Source: a virus
Taxonomy: Duplodnaviria; Caudoviricetes
Length of the DNA: 64,000 nucleotides
Reading direction: 5' to 3' (one strand)
Virus record (IMG/VR): IMGVR_UViG_2744054895_000002
Span: 1-64,000 of that record
Notes under the pieces: model-generated
The model's database searches: none
Seen by the model: only the letters and a program-made list of their open reading frames with translations
Told to the model about the DNA's origin: nothing
Part shown: piece by piece, positions 37,390 through 46,423 of the stretch
Layout: each line of letters opens with the position of its first letter
How positions within the stretch are numbered: position 1 is the first letter of the stretch
Position numbers and translations under genes: made by a program

Positions 37390-38262
37390 ATGGGTAATGA
37401 GCCGTCGCCGGAGAGATCATCCTCGTCAGTGTCGAGGCAAGTTGGTCGTTTGTTTGGCGTCTCCGTGGGTGTCGGAGCGGCGATGACCGCGGGGATTGCA
37501 TGGGCCGCAAACCGGTTTCCCGAAGGACCTTCGCCCCAGGGCCTTGCAGCCTTACTGGGGGCAGGAGCCGCGGTTGTGGGCGCCGGGCTCGCGGTTGTGG
37601 CCATTTGGCAGGGGCGCCAGGCTGACCGAGCCATCGATGCCGGTCGTGAACGTGTTCGTGAGGCCGAGCGCGGGGTGGAAGGTGCTCTGGCTGCTCCCTC
37701 CGGATCGGCAACCACCGTGGTGGTGACCAACGGGGGCCCTGCGGTGACCGGAGAGGCGGAGGTGACAAACGATCGCCGAGATCTGGCACTGGCCCGGTTG
37801 TGGTCACTGACTCATCGACGGTTGGACCTTTATCACGAGATTGCCACGAACCAGGCACGGCGTTCGTTCGTGAGCGCACAGATCTCAATGGTGATCGGCT
37901 TTGCGCTGCTAGTGCTGTTTGTCGTCCTGGCCTTGAACGTGAGCAGCACCACCGGCGCAATTGTGACGGGCGGTCTTGGGGCGGTCTCGGCAGCTCTGGC
38001 CGGATTCATCAGCAAGACTTTTGTGAAGTCCCAGCAGTCTGCGGCTGATCACCTCAAGGCATACTTCGATCAGCCGCTGGAATTCTCCCGCTACCTGGCA
38101 GCAGAGCGGTTGCTGGCCGACGCGGGTCTGCCCGATGAGAAGCGGGCTGATGTTGTCTCCGTGTTGGTTCAAACGATCGCGGCCGGGCCCGGGCCTGACG
38201 CTCCCTTGGGTTCGAATGGACTGGCGCAACAGTTGCAAGACCTGCTGCCCGGTCAGCCATAG
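37390..38262 (+). CDS. Membrane protein with TRADD-N-associated-type 2TM domain
   Basis: YHEIATNQARRSFVSAQISMVIGFALL followed by two TM helices; two further N-terminal TM helices. Confidence 0.65.
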   Translation: MGNEPSPERSSSSVSRQVGRLFGVSVGVGAAMTAGIAWAANRFPEGPSPQGLAALLGAGAAVVGAGLAVVAIWQGRQADRAIDAGRERVREAERGVEGALAAPSGSATTVVVTNGGPAVTGEAEVTNDRRDLALARLWSLTHRRLDLYHEIATNQARRSFVSAQISMVIGFALLVLFVVLALNVSSTTGAIVTGGLGAVSAALAGFISKTFVKSQQSAADHLKAYFDQPLEFSRYLAAERLLADAGLPDEKRADVVSVLVQTIAAGPGPDAPLGSNGLAQQLQDLLPGQP

Positions 38263-38392
38263 CCAGGGTCCCCCAGTACTCCGTGCCACTCAAACTTCGA
38301 TGCCACAAACCTGGTGATCATCAAGGTTCGATGGCACAGGATAGGGGCACAGAGAATCCGAACTGCCTGGTTCCGCGGCTAGGCTCGAACAC

Positions 38393-38824
38393 ATGAGCGT
38401 GCCTACTGAAGGGCTGACTCTGGGGGCCGTCAGCGCGATCGTCGAGAAGAAGATCCTTACCAACAAGATCCGGATCTATCGGCCTGGCGAGCCGGTGTTC
38501 AACCCGGATACCGGACAATACGAGCCTGGCCCACCCGTCACCATCTACGAAGGCTCGGGTGCGCTCTTCCCCGCGGGCGGCCCATCTGTTGTTCTGCACC
38601 TCGCGGGACAGGCATACGTGGATGACACCCCGTCCCGGTACCGTCTCCTGACGCCGTTGTCGGCCCCAGTCGCCTCCCGCGAGGACACCGTCGCCGTCAT
38701 CGAGGCCGAGGATGAAGCGGCCATCGGCCGAACGTGGCGAGTGCTCGACGTCGGGGAGACCTCCACGCTGAGCATCGTCCGCACCACGTGGGTGGACCAG
38801 AACACCCAGACGGCGGGGGAGTGA
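38393..38824 (+). CDS. DUF6093-like head-tail joining protein, copy 1 (possibly leaderless)
   Basis: IRIYRPGEPVFNPDTG..IYEG motif; TAGGCT 7 nt before the ATG. Confidence 0.7.
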   Translation: MSVPTEGLTLGAVSAIVEKKILTNKIRIYRPGEPVFNPDTGQYEPGPPVTIYEGSGALFPAGGPSVVLHLAGQAYVDDTPSRYRLLTPLSAPVASREDTVAVIEAEDEAAIGRTWRVLDVGETSTLSIVRTTWVDQNTQTAGE

Positions 38825-38825
38825 A

Positions 38826-39251
38826 GTGACCACAGCGATCGATCCGGAGGAAGTCCGCAAGGAACTGGAGGCCAAGCTCCTCCTGGACACGGTTCGGGTG
38901 ACGCGCCCTATCGGGACGCCTGTGCTTGACCCGGCCACTGGGCTCCTTGGGGAGGTGCCCGCCGACGTAATCTACGAAGGGCCGGGTGCCGTGTTGTCCG
39001 GCCACGGCCAGGTCACAGCGGAGGGCATCGTGGGCAAGCAGTGGTTGGACGACACGGTGTCCTGGTACCGGCTCCTGACTCCGCTGAGTGCACCGGTACC
39101 GGCCCGGTATGACCGCGTCGAGGTGACCGTTGCGCATTCAGGGAGTGCGGCAACCGGCGGACGGGTGTGGCAGGTGCTGGACCCGGCTGAAGCCTCTACC
39201 GTCGAACTGGTCCGTGTCACTCGACTGGACGAGATCACACCGCCGTCGTGA
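38826..39251 (+). CDS. DUF6093-like head-tail joining protein, copy 2
   Basis: Clear paralogue of the upstream gene (shared YRLLTPLSAPV, IYEG, WxVLD). Confidence 0.7.
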   Translation: MTTAIDPEEVRKELEAKLLLDTVRVTRPIGTPVLDPATGLLGEVPADVIYEGPGAVLSGHGQVTAEGIVGKQWLDDTVSWYRLLTPLSAPVPARYDRVEVTVAHSGSAATGGRVWQVLDPAEASTVELVRVTRLDEITPPS

Positions 39252-39291
39252 GGCGAATCGGAGTTTCCGAGAATCGTCCTACGCTCGACGT

Positions 39292-39696
39292 ATGGAGATC
39301 ACGGACACTCCGCCCGCCGACATGCAGAAGGTAAGGATCACGGCAGACGGCAGTAAGGCGTCGATACAGATAGGCGGAATCGACTACTCGCGCGTCGTCT
39401 CCGGCTACACGATCCACCAACAGGCTGGACAGGAACCCGACTTGGTTATCCAGCTCGCCAAGGGACGCAACAGCCCCGACTTCGACGGCTACGCCCGGGT
39501 CGCCATCGGCGTCCCATACGAGCCGGGCCCGGCGGCGGCCCATTTCCTGTCGGCCATCGACGCGAGCCTGCTGGAGAAGGCGGCACTCGCCCGCCCCGAC
39601 CTCGACGGCGGCCCGCACGGATTCACAAAGGCTGTACTGGCACAGCTCCAGCAGTGGGCGCGGGGGGAGTTCGACCGAGCCCAGGAGACGAGCTGA
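39292..39696 (+). CDS. Hypothetical protein (possibly leaderless)
   Basis: TACGCT 6 nt before the ATG; TGATG coupling to the next gene. Confidence 0.6.
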   Translation: MEITDTPPADMQKVRITADGSKASIQIGGIDYSRVVSGYTIHQQAGQEPDLVIQLAKGRNSPDFDGYARVAIGVPYEPGPAAAHFLSAIDASLLEKAALARPDLDGGPHGFTKAVLAQLQQWARGEFDRAQETS

Positions 39697-40127
39697 TGGC
39701 ATCCCCGCAGAACCCTCACCTCAATGCGCACCCGCTGGCGGGGGCGTACTCGAACGCTCCGCAAATCGCGGCGCGGCTGAACGCCCGCGCGGCAGCCGCG
39801 CTGCCTGCTGTGGCCAGCGTCGTCCAGCACTACGCCATGCTGCTGGAGACGAGGATCAAGGCCAACGCAAGCGGCAGGCCGGGACCGAACGCGCCGACCG
39901 GCGACTACCGGCGTTCGTGGACACACGAGTTCATCACCAGCGGCATGACCGTCGAGGCGGTCGTCGGCACCAACAAGCCTCAGAGCAGGCGCTTGGAGTA
40001 CGGCTTCGTCGGCGCCGACAGCCTCGGGCGGATCTACAACCAGCCGCCGTTTCCGCATGTTGGACCGGCCGTCGAGGAGATCCGCCCTGCCTTCCTGGCC
40101 GCAGTCGGAGCGGCGGTGGGCGGCTGA
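39696..40127 (+). CDS. HK97 gp10-like neck/tail-completion protein
   Basis: PTGDYRRSW, RLEYG, PPFPHVGPA motifs. Confidence 0.8.
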   Translation: MASPQNPHLNAHPLAGAYSNAPQIAARLNARAAAALPAVASVVQHYAMLLETRIKANASGRPGPNAPTGDYRRSWTHEFITSGMTVEAVVGTNKPQSRRLEYGFVGADSLGRIYNQPPFPHVGPAVEEIRPAFLAAVGAAVGG

Positions 40128-40558
40128 TGGCCGTTTCCGGACGTGTGCTCAGCCTCGCCGTCCAAGCGATGCTCGCCACCTCGACGGGCCGCTCCTGCGG
40201 GTACGGAGCGGCGCCCACCGCCAGCAGCCTTCCCACGGGGGCGGCCACTCCGTACAGCGTGCTGTACCCGGTTGGCTCGACCAGCGACGGCCCGCCGTTC
40301 GGTGACGCCAGTGCGGACGCCCGAATCATCTACCAGGTCACGTCGGTCGGCACGACCGCCGAGCAGGCCGAGTGGATGGCCGACAAGGTCCGGGCGGGCA
40401 TCCTGACCCGCACGCCCGCTGGCTACACCTACTCCATCACCGCCACCGGCTACGTGGTCATGGCCCGCGAGCTGGACAAGGAGGAAGGCGTGACTGCCGC
40501 AAGTGGCGTATACAGTTACGTTCAGCGGTTCGCGATCGAAGTGACAACCCTCAGCTGA
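40127..40558 (+). CDS. Putative tail terminator protein
   Basis: PYSVLY, YQVTSVG; between the gp10-like gene and the major tail gene. Confidence 0.7.
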   Translation: MAVSGRVLSLAVQAMLATSTGRSCGYGAAPTASSLPTGAATPYSVLYPVGSTSDGPPFGDASADARIIYQVTSVGTTAEQAEWMADKVRAGILTRTPAGYTYSITATGYVVMARELDKEEGVTAASGVYSYVQRFAIEVTTLS

Positions 40559-40693
40559 CAGCGCGCCCACCTCACCGCGGAGGCCCATCGCGGACGCCCG
40601 GCCACTCGGTACGGGCTGACTCCCAGCTTGATCCATTGGGGACGGGCCTGCCGTATTCCGGAGCCATCAGCGTCCCCGGAGAGTGAGAGTCGC

Positions 40694-41191
40694 GTGGCAA
40701 CCACGCAGCAGCAGCGTTTCATGCGCCGAGGCACCACCCTCTTCTACTTCTTGCAGAAGATCGCCTCCGACGACAACATCCCCACCCGCGCCGAACTGGG
40801 CCCCACCAACGCCACCAATCTGTCGGACACCATCTCCGACGTCGAAGGCTGGTCGTTGGAAAACACCCCGATCGACACCCCGGACATGGGCAGCACGTTC
40901 GCCACCACGATCCCCGGTGAGGACAAGGCCGACAACAGCTCGCTGACCTTCTACGAGGACAAGGTCAGCGACGAGATCGAGACCCTGCTGTCCAAGGGCG
41001 TCATCGGCTTCGTCGCCATCCTGCGCAAGGGCGACGTGCCCGGCTCCAAGTCCCTCGACGTGTTCCCCGTCCGCGTCGGCAGCCGCAGCCCCTCGTACAG
41101 CACCGCGTCCGAGCCCGCGAAGTTCAAGGTCACCTTCGGAATCACCGACGAGCCGACCCTGGATGCCGCCGTGCCGGCGAAGACCGCCTGA
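40694..41191 (+). CDS. Major tail (tube) protein
   Basis: PTRAEL, TPDMGSTF..IPG, DVFPVRV motifs; highly biased codons; upstream of the chaperones. Confidence 0.8.
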   Translation: MATTQQQRFMRRGTTLFYFLQKIASDDNIPTRAELGPTNATNLSDTISDVEGWSLENTPIDTPDMGSTFATTIPGEDKADNSSLTFYEDKVSDEIETLLSKGVIGFVAILRKGDVPGSKSLDVFPVRVGSRSPSYSTASEPAKFKVTFGITDEPTLDAAVPAKTA

Positions 41192-41204
41192 GCGGGGGTG
41201 CTGC

Positions 41205-41816
41205 ATGACCACCACAGCGACCACGCAGCCGCCCGCCGCCGCGGTCGCCCGCGACGCCCATTGGTCGGCGAAGATGGCGCGGCTCAAGGCGCGCAAGCTC
41301 CCGGAGCGCAGCCTGCGGCTGTGCGATGACGACGAGGCGAAGAAGAACGTGACCGACGCCGCCCTGGAGCTGGCCAAGGCCCGCACCGCGGCCCGCGCGG
41401 AATCCGTCGAGCAGGGCATTGCCGAGGACGCCCGGGAGGAGTGGACAGTCGCGCAGCCGGACGTTGCAACCGCGCAACTGCGGTTGGACGCAGCCGAACG
41501 GGCCCTCGATGATGCCACAGTCGTCCTGACCTTCCGGGCCCTGCCGCGTCCGGCCTGGGAACAGCTTCTGCGCGATCACCCGCCGACGGAAGCCCAGGCT
41601 GACCAGGGCATGGAGTACAACGTCGAGACGTACCCAGCCGCCCTCATCGCCGCGTGCCATGTCGAGCGGGATGAGTCCGGGGGCGAGGTCCCCGGGATGA
41701 GCGAGCAGGAAGCGCAGGAGCTTCTCGATGCCTGGCCTGACTCCGAGGCCAAAGCCCTGTTCACCTGTGCGCTGCTGGTCAACCAGACGCTGCGGGCTGA
41801 CCTGGGAAAAGGCTGA
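41205..41816 (+). CDS. Tail assembly chaperone (G)
   Basis: Between tube and tape measure genes; ends in slippery G GGA AAA. Confidence 0.8.
   Translation: MTTTATTQPPAAAVARDAHWSAKMARLKARKLPERSLRLCDDDEAKKNVTDAALELAKARTAARAESVEQGIAEDAREEWTVAQPDVATAQLRLDAAERALDDATVVLTFRALPRPAWEQLLRDHPPTEAQADQGMEYNVETYPAALIAACHVERDESGGEVPGMSEQEAQELLDAWPDSEAKALFTCALLVNQTLRADLGKG
41804..41810 (+). other. -1 programmed ribosomal frameshift site GGGAAAA
   Basis: X XXY YYZ heptamer in the correct phase; the -1 frame is open (GKRLTSDPGFRAEMEIC) into ORF 41843..42148. Confidence 0.85.
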
Positions 41817-42148
41817 CCTCCGACCCGGGCTTCCGCGCGGAGATGGAGATCTGCGCCTCGTATGGAATTCCGCACTCGCAGTTCACCGGGGCGGGAGACG
41901 GGCGGTGGTCGGCGCTCGACCGTGCGAAGGCCATCGCCTACCTCGCTTTCTCGCGGGCGCTGTGCGAGTCGTGCGGGACCAGGCCGGAGGAGTGGGACGA
42001 GAAAGCGGGTGGCGACCGCTTCGCGTACGTCACCGAGACACACCGGTGTGTCGGCTGCGAGCTGATCGCCATGGAGCAGGAACAGGTCCCGGATGGTCCG
42101 GAGGGGCGTGGGGTGAAGGTCGGGCTTCGGCCCAGGAAGAAGGCGTAG
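41804..42148 (+). CDS. Tail assembly chaperone frameshift extension (T part of G-T)
   Basis: -1 frame continuation; CESC..CVGC motifs. Confidence 0.75.
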   Translation, partial: GKRLTSDPGFRAEMEICASYGIPHSQFTGAGDGRWSALDRAKAIAYLAFSRALCESCGTRPEEWDEKAGGDRFAYVTETHRCVGCELIAMEQEQVPDGPEGRGVKVGLRPRKKA

Positions 42149-42151
42149 CCA

Positions 42152-45100
42152 GTGGCTGGGGCCTACACCCTCTACGTCAATGTCCAGGCTGGCGTGTCCA
42201 GCCTGGTCGGAGGACTGCGCACTGCGGCGGGAAGCGTCACCGCGTTCGGCGGACAGGTGCGTCGCCTCGACGGCGACCTCAACCAGCTCGCGGCGCGCTC
42301 GGACCGAACGCGCCGTGCGATGGCCACCGGGTTCACAGTGATGGGCGCGGCGCTCGGCGGCGCGTTCGTCATGGGCGTGCGAAGCGCCGTCGAGCTCGAG
42401 AAGCACATGGCGAACGTCATGACGATCTCGAAGGAGATCAATAGCACCAACATCAGCCACTTCACCGACCAGATCGTCGAGCTGAGTACGCAGCTCCCGC
42501 AGTCCGCCGACCAGCTCGCCGAGGCTCTGTACCAGGTCGTCTCGACCGGGTTCGACGGCTCAGACGCGATGACGATCCTGCGCGTGGCCGCGCGCGGTGC
42601 CGCCGCCGGCCTGACAACGACAGAGACTTCCGCCCGCGCACTGCTTGGCGTGCTGAAGGCGTACGGCATGGATGCCTCACAGGCCAGTGACGTCATGGAC
42701 ATCATGTTCCAGACTGTCAACTACGGCGTGGTGTCGTTCGACGAGCTGGCACAGCAGCTCGGTGACGTCGTTCCGATGGCCGCCGCGGCGGGCGTGGAAT
42801 TCGAGGACATCAGCTCGGCGCTCGCGGCCGTCACCCTCTCGGGCATCCCAGCGGCGGAGGGCGTCACGGCACTGAACATGCTGCTGACGCGCATGATGAA
42901 GCCCACCCAAGAGCTGTCCGAGATGATCAAGGGCTTCGGGTACGAGTCGGCCGCTGCCGCCCTCCAGCAGGACGGCCTGTACGTCGTCATGGAGAAGGTC
43001 CGCAACGCCACCGGTGGCAGCGCAGACCAGTTGGTTCCGCTCCTCAGGGACATCCGAGCGGTCCGCGCCGCCTTGGCGCTTTCCGCCGCAGACGGTCAGA
43101 ACTACGCCGCCACGTACCAGGGCATCTCTCAGGAGGTCGAGCGGGCCGGGGCGACGCAGAAGGCGTACGCGATCCAGATGGATACGACCGCGGGTCAGTG
43201 GAGCCTGTTCCAGAACCAGGCCCAGGCCCTCGGCATCGACATGGCACGTGTGCTATTGCCCGCCTTGCAGACCGTCGGGGAGTACCTGAATGTGCTGGCC
43301 GGGGCCGTCAACGACCTGCCGGGCCCGGTGAAGTCGCTCATGGGTGTGATGGTCGCCCTGTCGGCCGCCGCGCTTCTGGCCAAGGCCGCGTTCGTGAGGT
43401 TCGGTACGCAACTGTCACTCTTCCGTACGCAACTCGCGGCAGCGCGAGCCGGCGGATCGGCTCTGCCCGCTGTTCTCAGCGGAACCGGAATCGCGGTAGC
43501 GGGCTTGAGCGCGCTGATGGCGGTCGGCGTTGGCGTGTACGCCGCGTACTCGGCAAGCAAGCAGAAGGCCAAGGCAGCGACCGAAGAGCTGGTCGCCGCT
43601 CTGCGTAAGGAGCGGGACGAGGGCGAGCAAGGCGCCGGACTGCGCACCCTCACCGAACAGCTCACCAATAGCGACGATGTTAAGAAGCTCAAGGACGCCG
43701 GGGTGGACGTGACCACCGCCATCGACGCGATCACCTCCGGTGGCCAGAAGCTGAAGCGCCTCAAGGATGAACTGGCGACCAAGAAAGCCGAGTCCTGGGA
43801 AGTCGCTGGCAGCGTCTACACGTACGACGTCTCCTACGACCGGGCCAAGAAGGTGCTGGACAAGCAGCACAAGATCTGGTCCAACGCGGTCAAGGAGGAA
43901 AACGAGCTGGCCGCGAACCTGGCCATCGTCAACAACAAGATCAAGGCCAACCGGCGGGAGATGATCGGCGCCTGGGATCTGACACAGTCCCTGCCGACGG
44001 ACAAGAACGGCTCGCCACAGTTCACAGAGCAGATGGAAGCGATGGGCAAGTCCCTCGCTTCGATCGTTGACCCCGCGAAGGCGTGGAAGGCTGCCCAGGA
44101 CAAGGTGGCCGAGGCGAACCGTAAGGCAGGCCGTTCTGCTGACGCCTCCAAGGCATCGTTGTCCGACTACGTCGAGGAGCTGCGCAAGCAGCTCAAGGCA
44201 CAGCGCGAGTTCCAGAAGAACCTGGGGCTGCTGGCAGCCGAAGGACGCCTGGATCTCGCCGACCACTTCTCAAGCCTCGGACCGGATTCGGCACCGATCC
44301 TCGACGAGCTGGTCAAGCAGCTCAAGAAGGGCGAGGTCAAGGTCGCCGACGAACTCGATTCGATCATTCGGGAGTCCGCTGCACGCTCCACCCCGGCCTT
44401 CCGAGCCGGCTTGGAGCAGCTGCCCGCGATCTCTGCGAAGTACGGGAGGAAGGTTGCCGAGGCGTGGGCGGACGCGGCTGCCACCAACGACCCAGGCAAG
44501 CTAGCCCGCGTCATGCAGGACATGGCCGTGGCCGACATGGAGAAGGCCGCCAGGAGGCTGCCCAAGGTCGCCTCCAAGCAGCTCGAACAGGGCATGCGTC
44601 TCCTTGCTGACGTCTCCGCGAAGTACGGCAAGGAGGCGTCCACCTCGCTCGCTCAGTCGTTCCTCAAGGGCGACGTTGAGGAGATCCGTACCCAGCTCAG
44701 CTACCTCTACGGCGCAGACATGCCGATCAAGGCACCCGACCTGTCCGGAGTCGTCGGGGCTTTCAAAACCGCTGGCATCCAATCCAACTCTGAGTGGTCG
44801 GGCATGCTCAGTCTCATCGTCGCAGTGGCTCAGACGAAGGGAAGCGCCGCAGCGACCGCCCTGACCAGTGCCCTGCTGTCCGGCGACATGGCCGCTGTGA
44901 AGACACAACTCGACAGCATCGGCGCCTCCGTCGGCCGTATCCCGGGCACGAAGACCATCACCATCAGCGTCAACAAGCCCGCCGCGGTGACGATCCCCTT
45001 CTTCGCCAAGGTCCGGGCCACCTCGTGGGACAAGGACGCCAACGGCGTCCCGGACCTGATTCAGGCGCCGAAGGCGCAGGCGAACGGTGGCTTGCTCGAC

Positions 45101-46423
45101 TTCTATGCCCACGGGGGAGTGCGGCGTGAGGAGCACACGGCCCAGATTGCACCGGGGGGCACCTGGCGAGTGTGGGCCGAACCGGAGACTCAAGGCGAAG
45201 CCTACATACCGCTGGCCGGAGCCAAACGGGCCCGCTCCAAGCGCATCCTGGACGAAGTGGCGCGCCGCTTCGGTGGCGAGGTCAGCTACCACGCCGACGG
45301 TGGCCTGTCCGGCTTCACCTACCGACCCCAGTCGCTGTATTCCCTTTCCGGGATCGCGAGCGATTCCCAGGACAAGAAGGGCAACTTCAGCCTCGCCCTG
45401 TTTGCCAAGAAGCTCCACTCCTCCGTCTCGACCGCGAAGCGGTGGCGCAGAGACCTGGACACCGTTGCCCGCCGAGCCGGGCAGGACGTTGCGGGAGCCT
45501 TGGCGGAGATGGGCGAGGAAGGAGTCTCACTCACCCACAAGATGGCGACCGGCAGCTCGCGGTACGTGCGGTCAATGGCGAAGGACCTACGTGACCTGGC
45601 TGCGGCGTCGAAGGCGAGCCTCGGCGAGTACACCGGGCAGCTCCGCCAGGCAGTGAAGGACCAAACCGGCTTCGAGCAGAACATCGCCAAGCTGGCTGCC
45701 AGTGGGTACGGCGACTTGGCGAAGCGCCTGGCCGAGCAGGGTGACCAGGACGCGGCCGAGCTGGCCACCCAGGCGGTGAAGAATAAGAAGAAGGCCAAGG
45801 CGGCCAACGACGCTGCCCGTAGCGCAGGCAAGACCGTCCCCGACGATGACCTGCCCGACTTGGCGGCCATCGTCGCAGCGGTCAAGAACAAGACCACGGG
45901 ACTGCACACAGTGGCCGACGCCACCGGTTTCGATGAGGACCACATCATCGAGATCGCCAACCTGGGCCTGGCGCGGATGAAGAAGGCGCTGGGTTCCAAA
46001 GGCGCCAAGTTCTTCTCCGACCTGAGTCGAGCGAACAAGGGGCTGGCGTACGCCGACGGCGGCATCCTCACGCCCGGCCTCTACGCCACCTCCGGCGGCC
46101 TGATTAAGTTCGCTGAGCCTTCGACTGGAGGCGAGGCGTTCATTCCGCTCGGCGCCGCCAAGCGAAGCAGCGCGACCGCTGTCCTGAACGACGTCGCAGC
46201 GCGCTTCGGGATGCGCCTATCCAGCGGCGCCCATGTCCCCGCCATGCGGCTGGTCGATGCCCGTCCGCCTACGGCCATCAAGGTCACTGTCGTCCAACAG
46301 CAGCCCAAAGCCCTGGTGGAAAACATGCCCATCACCATTCAAGGCCGCGACACCTCGCCCCAGGAACTGTCCGGCGAAATCATGCGACGGCTGCGCAACG
46401 CCCAGCGAGGAGGACGGCTGTGA
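42152..46423 (+). CDS. Tape measure protein (TP901-type)
   Basis: 1423 aa, Ala-rich helical; LAEALYQVVSTG core motif; follows the chaperones. Confidence 0.93.
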   Translation: MAGAYTLYVNVQAGVSSLVGGLRTAAGSVTAFGGQVRRLDGDLNQLAARSDRTRRAMATGFTVMGAALGGAFVMGVRSAVELEKHMANVMTISKEINSTNISHFTDQIVELSTQLPQSADQLAEALYQVVSTGFDGSDAMTILRVAARGAAAGLTTTETSARALLGVLKAYGMDASQASDVMDIMFQTVNYGVVSFDELAQQLGDVVPMAAAAGVEFEDISSALAAVTLSGIPAAEGVTALNMLLTRMMKPTQELSEMIKGFGYESAAAALQQDGLYVVMEKVRNATGGSADQLVPLLRDIRAVRAALALSAADGQNYAATYQGISQEVERAGATQKAYAIQMDTTAGQWSLFQNQAQALGIDMARVLLPALQTVGEYLNVLAGAVNDLPGPVKSLMGVMVALSAAALLAKAAFVRFGTQLSLFRTQLAAARAGGSALPAVLSGTGIAVAGLSALMAVGVGVYAAYSASKQKAKAATEELVAALRKERDEGEQGAGLRTLTEQLTNSDDVKKLKDAGVDVTTAIDAITSGGQKLKRLKDELATKKAESWEVAGSVYTYDVSYDRAKKVLDKQHKIWSNAVKEENELAANLAIVNNKIKANRREMIGAWDLTQSLPTDKNGSPQFTEQMEAMGKSLASIVDPAKAWKAAQDKVAEANRKAGRSADASKASLSDYVEELRKQLKAQREFQKNLGLLAAEGRLDLADHFSSLGPDSAPILDELVKQLKKGEVKVADELDSIIRESAARSTPAFRAGLEQLPAISAKYGRKVAEAWADAAATNDPGKLARVMQDMAVADMEKAARRLPKVASKQLEQGMRLLADVSAKYGKEASTSLAQSFLKGDVEEIRTQLSYLYGADMPIKAPDLSGVVGAFKTAGIQSNSEWSGMLSLIVAVAQTKGSAAATALTSALLSGDMAAVKTQLDSIGASVGRIPGTKTITISVNKPAAVTIPFFAKVRATSWDKDANGVPDLIQAPKAQANGGLLDFYAHGGVRREEHTAQIAPGGTWRVWAEPETQGEAYIPLAGAKRARSKRILDEVARRFGGEVSYHADGGLSGFTYRPQSLYSLSGIASDSQDKKGNFSLALFAKKLHSSVSTAKRWRRDLDTVARRAGQDVAGALAEMGEEGVSLTHKMATGSSRYVRSMAKDLRDLAAASKASLGEYTGQLRQAVKDQTGFEQNIAKLAASGYGDLAKRLAEQGDQDAAELATQAVKNKKKAKAANDAARSAGKTVPDDDLPDLAAIVAAVKNKTTGLHTVADATGFDEDHIIEIANLGLARMKKALGSKGAKFFSDLSRANKGLAYADGGILTPGLYATSGGLIKFAEPSTGGEAFIPLGAAKRSSATAVLNDVAARFGMRLSSGAHVPAMRLVDARPPTAIKVTVVQQQPKALVENMPITIQGRDTSPQELSGEIMRRLRNAQRGGRL

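Noticed and set aside
38385-38400. TCGAACACATGAGCG as an actinobacterial SOS box
   Set aside because: Only the left half matches CGAAC-N4-GTTCG; better explained as the spacer of a leaderless promoter.
45080-46210. Twice-repeated A(N/D)GG..EPxTxGEA(Y/F)IPL motif in the tape measure protein
   Set aside because: A common tape-measure C-terminal motif; no enzymatic domain could be supported from it.
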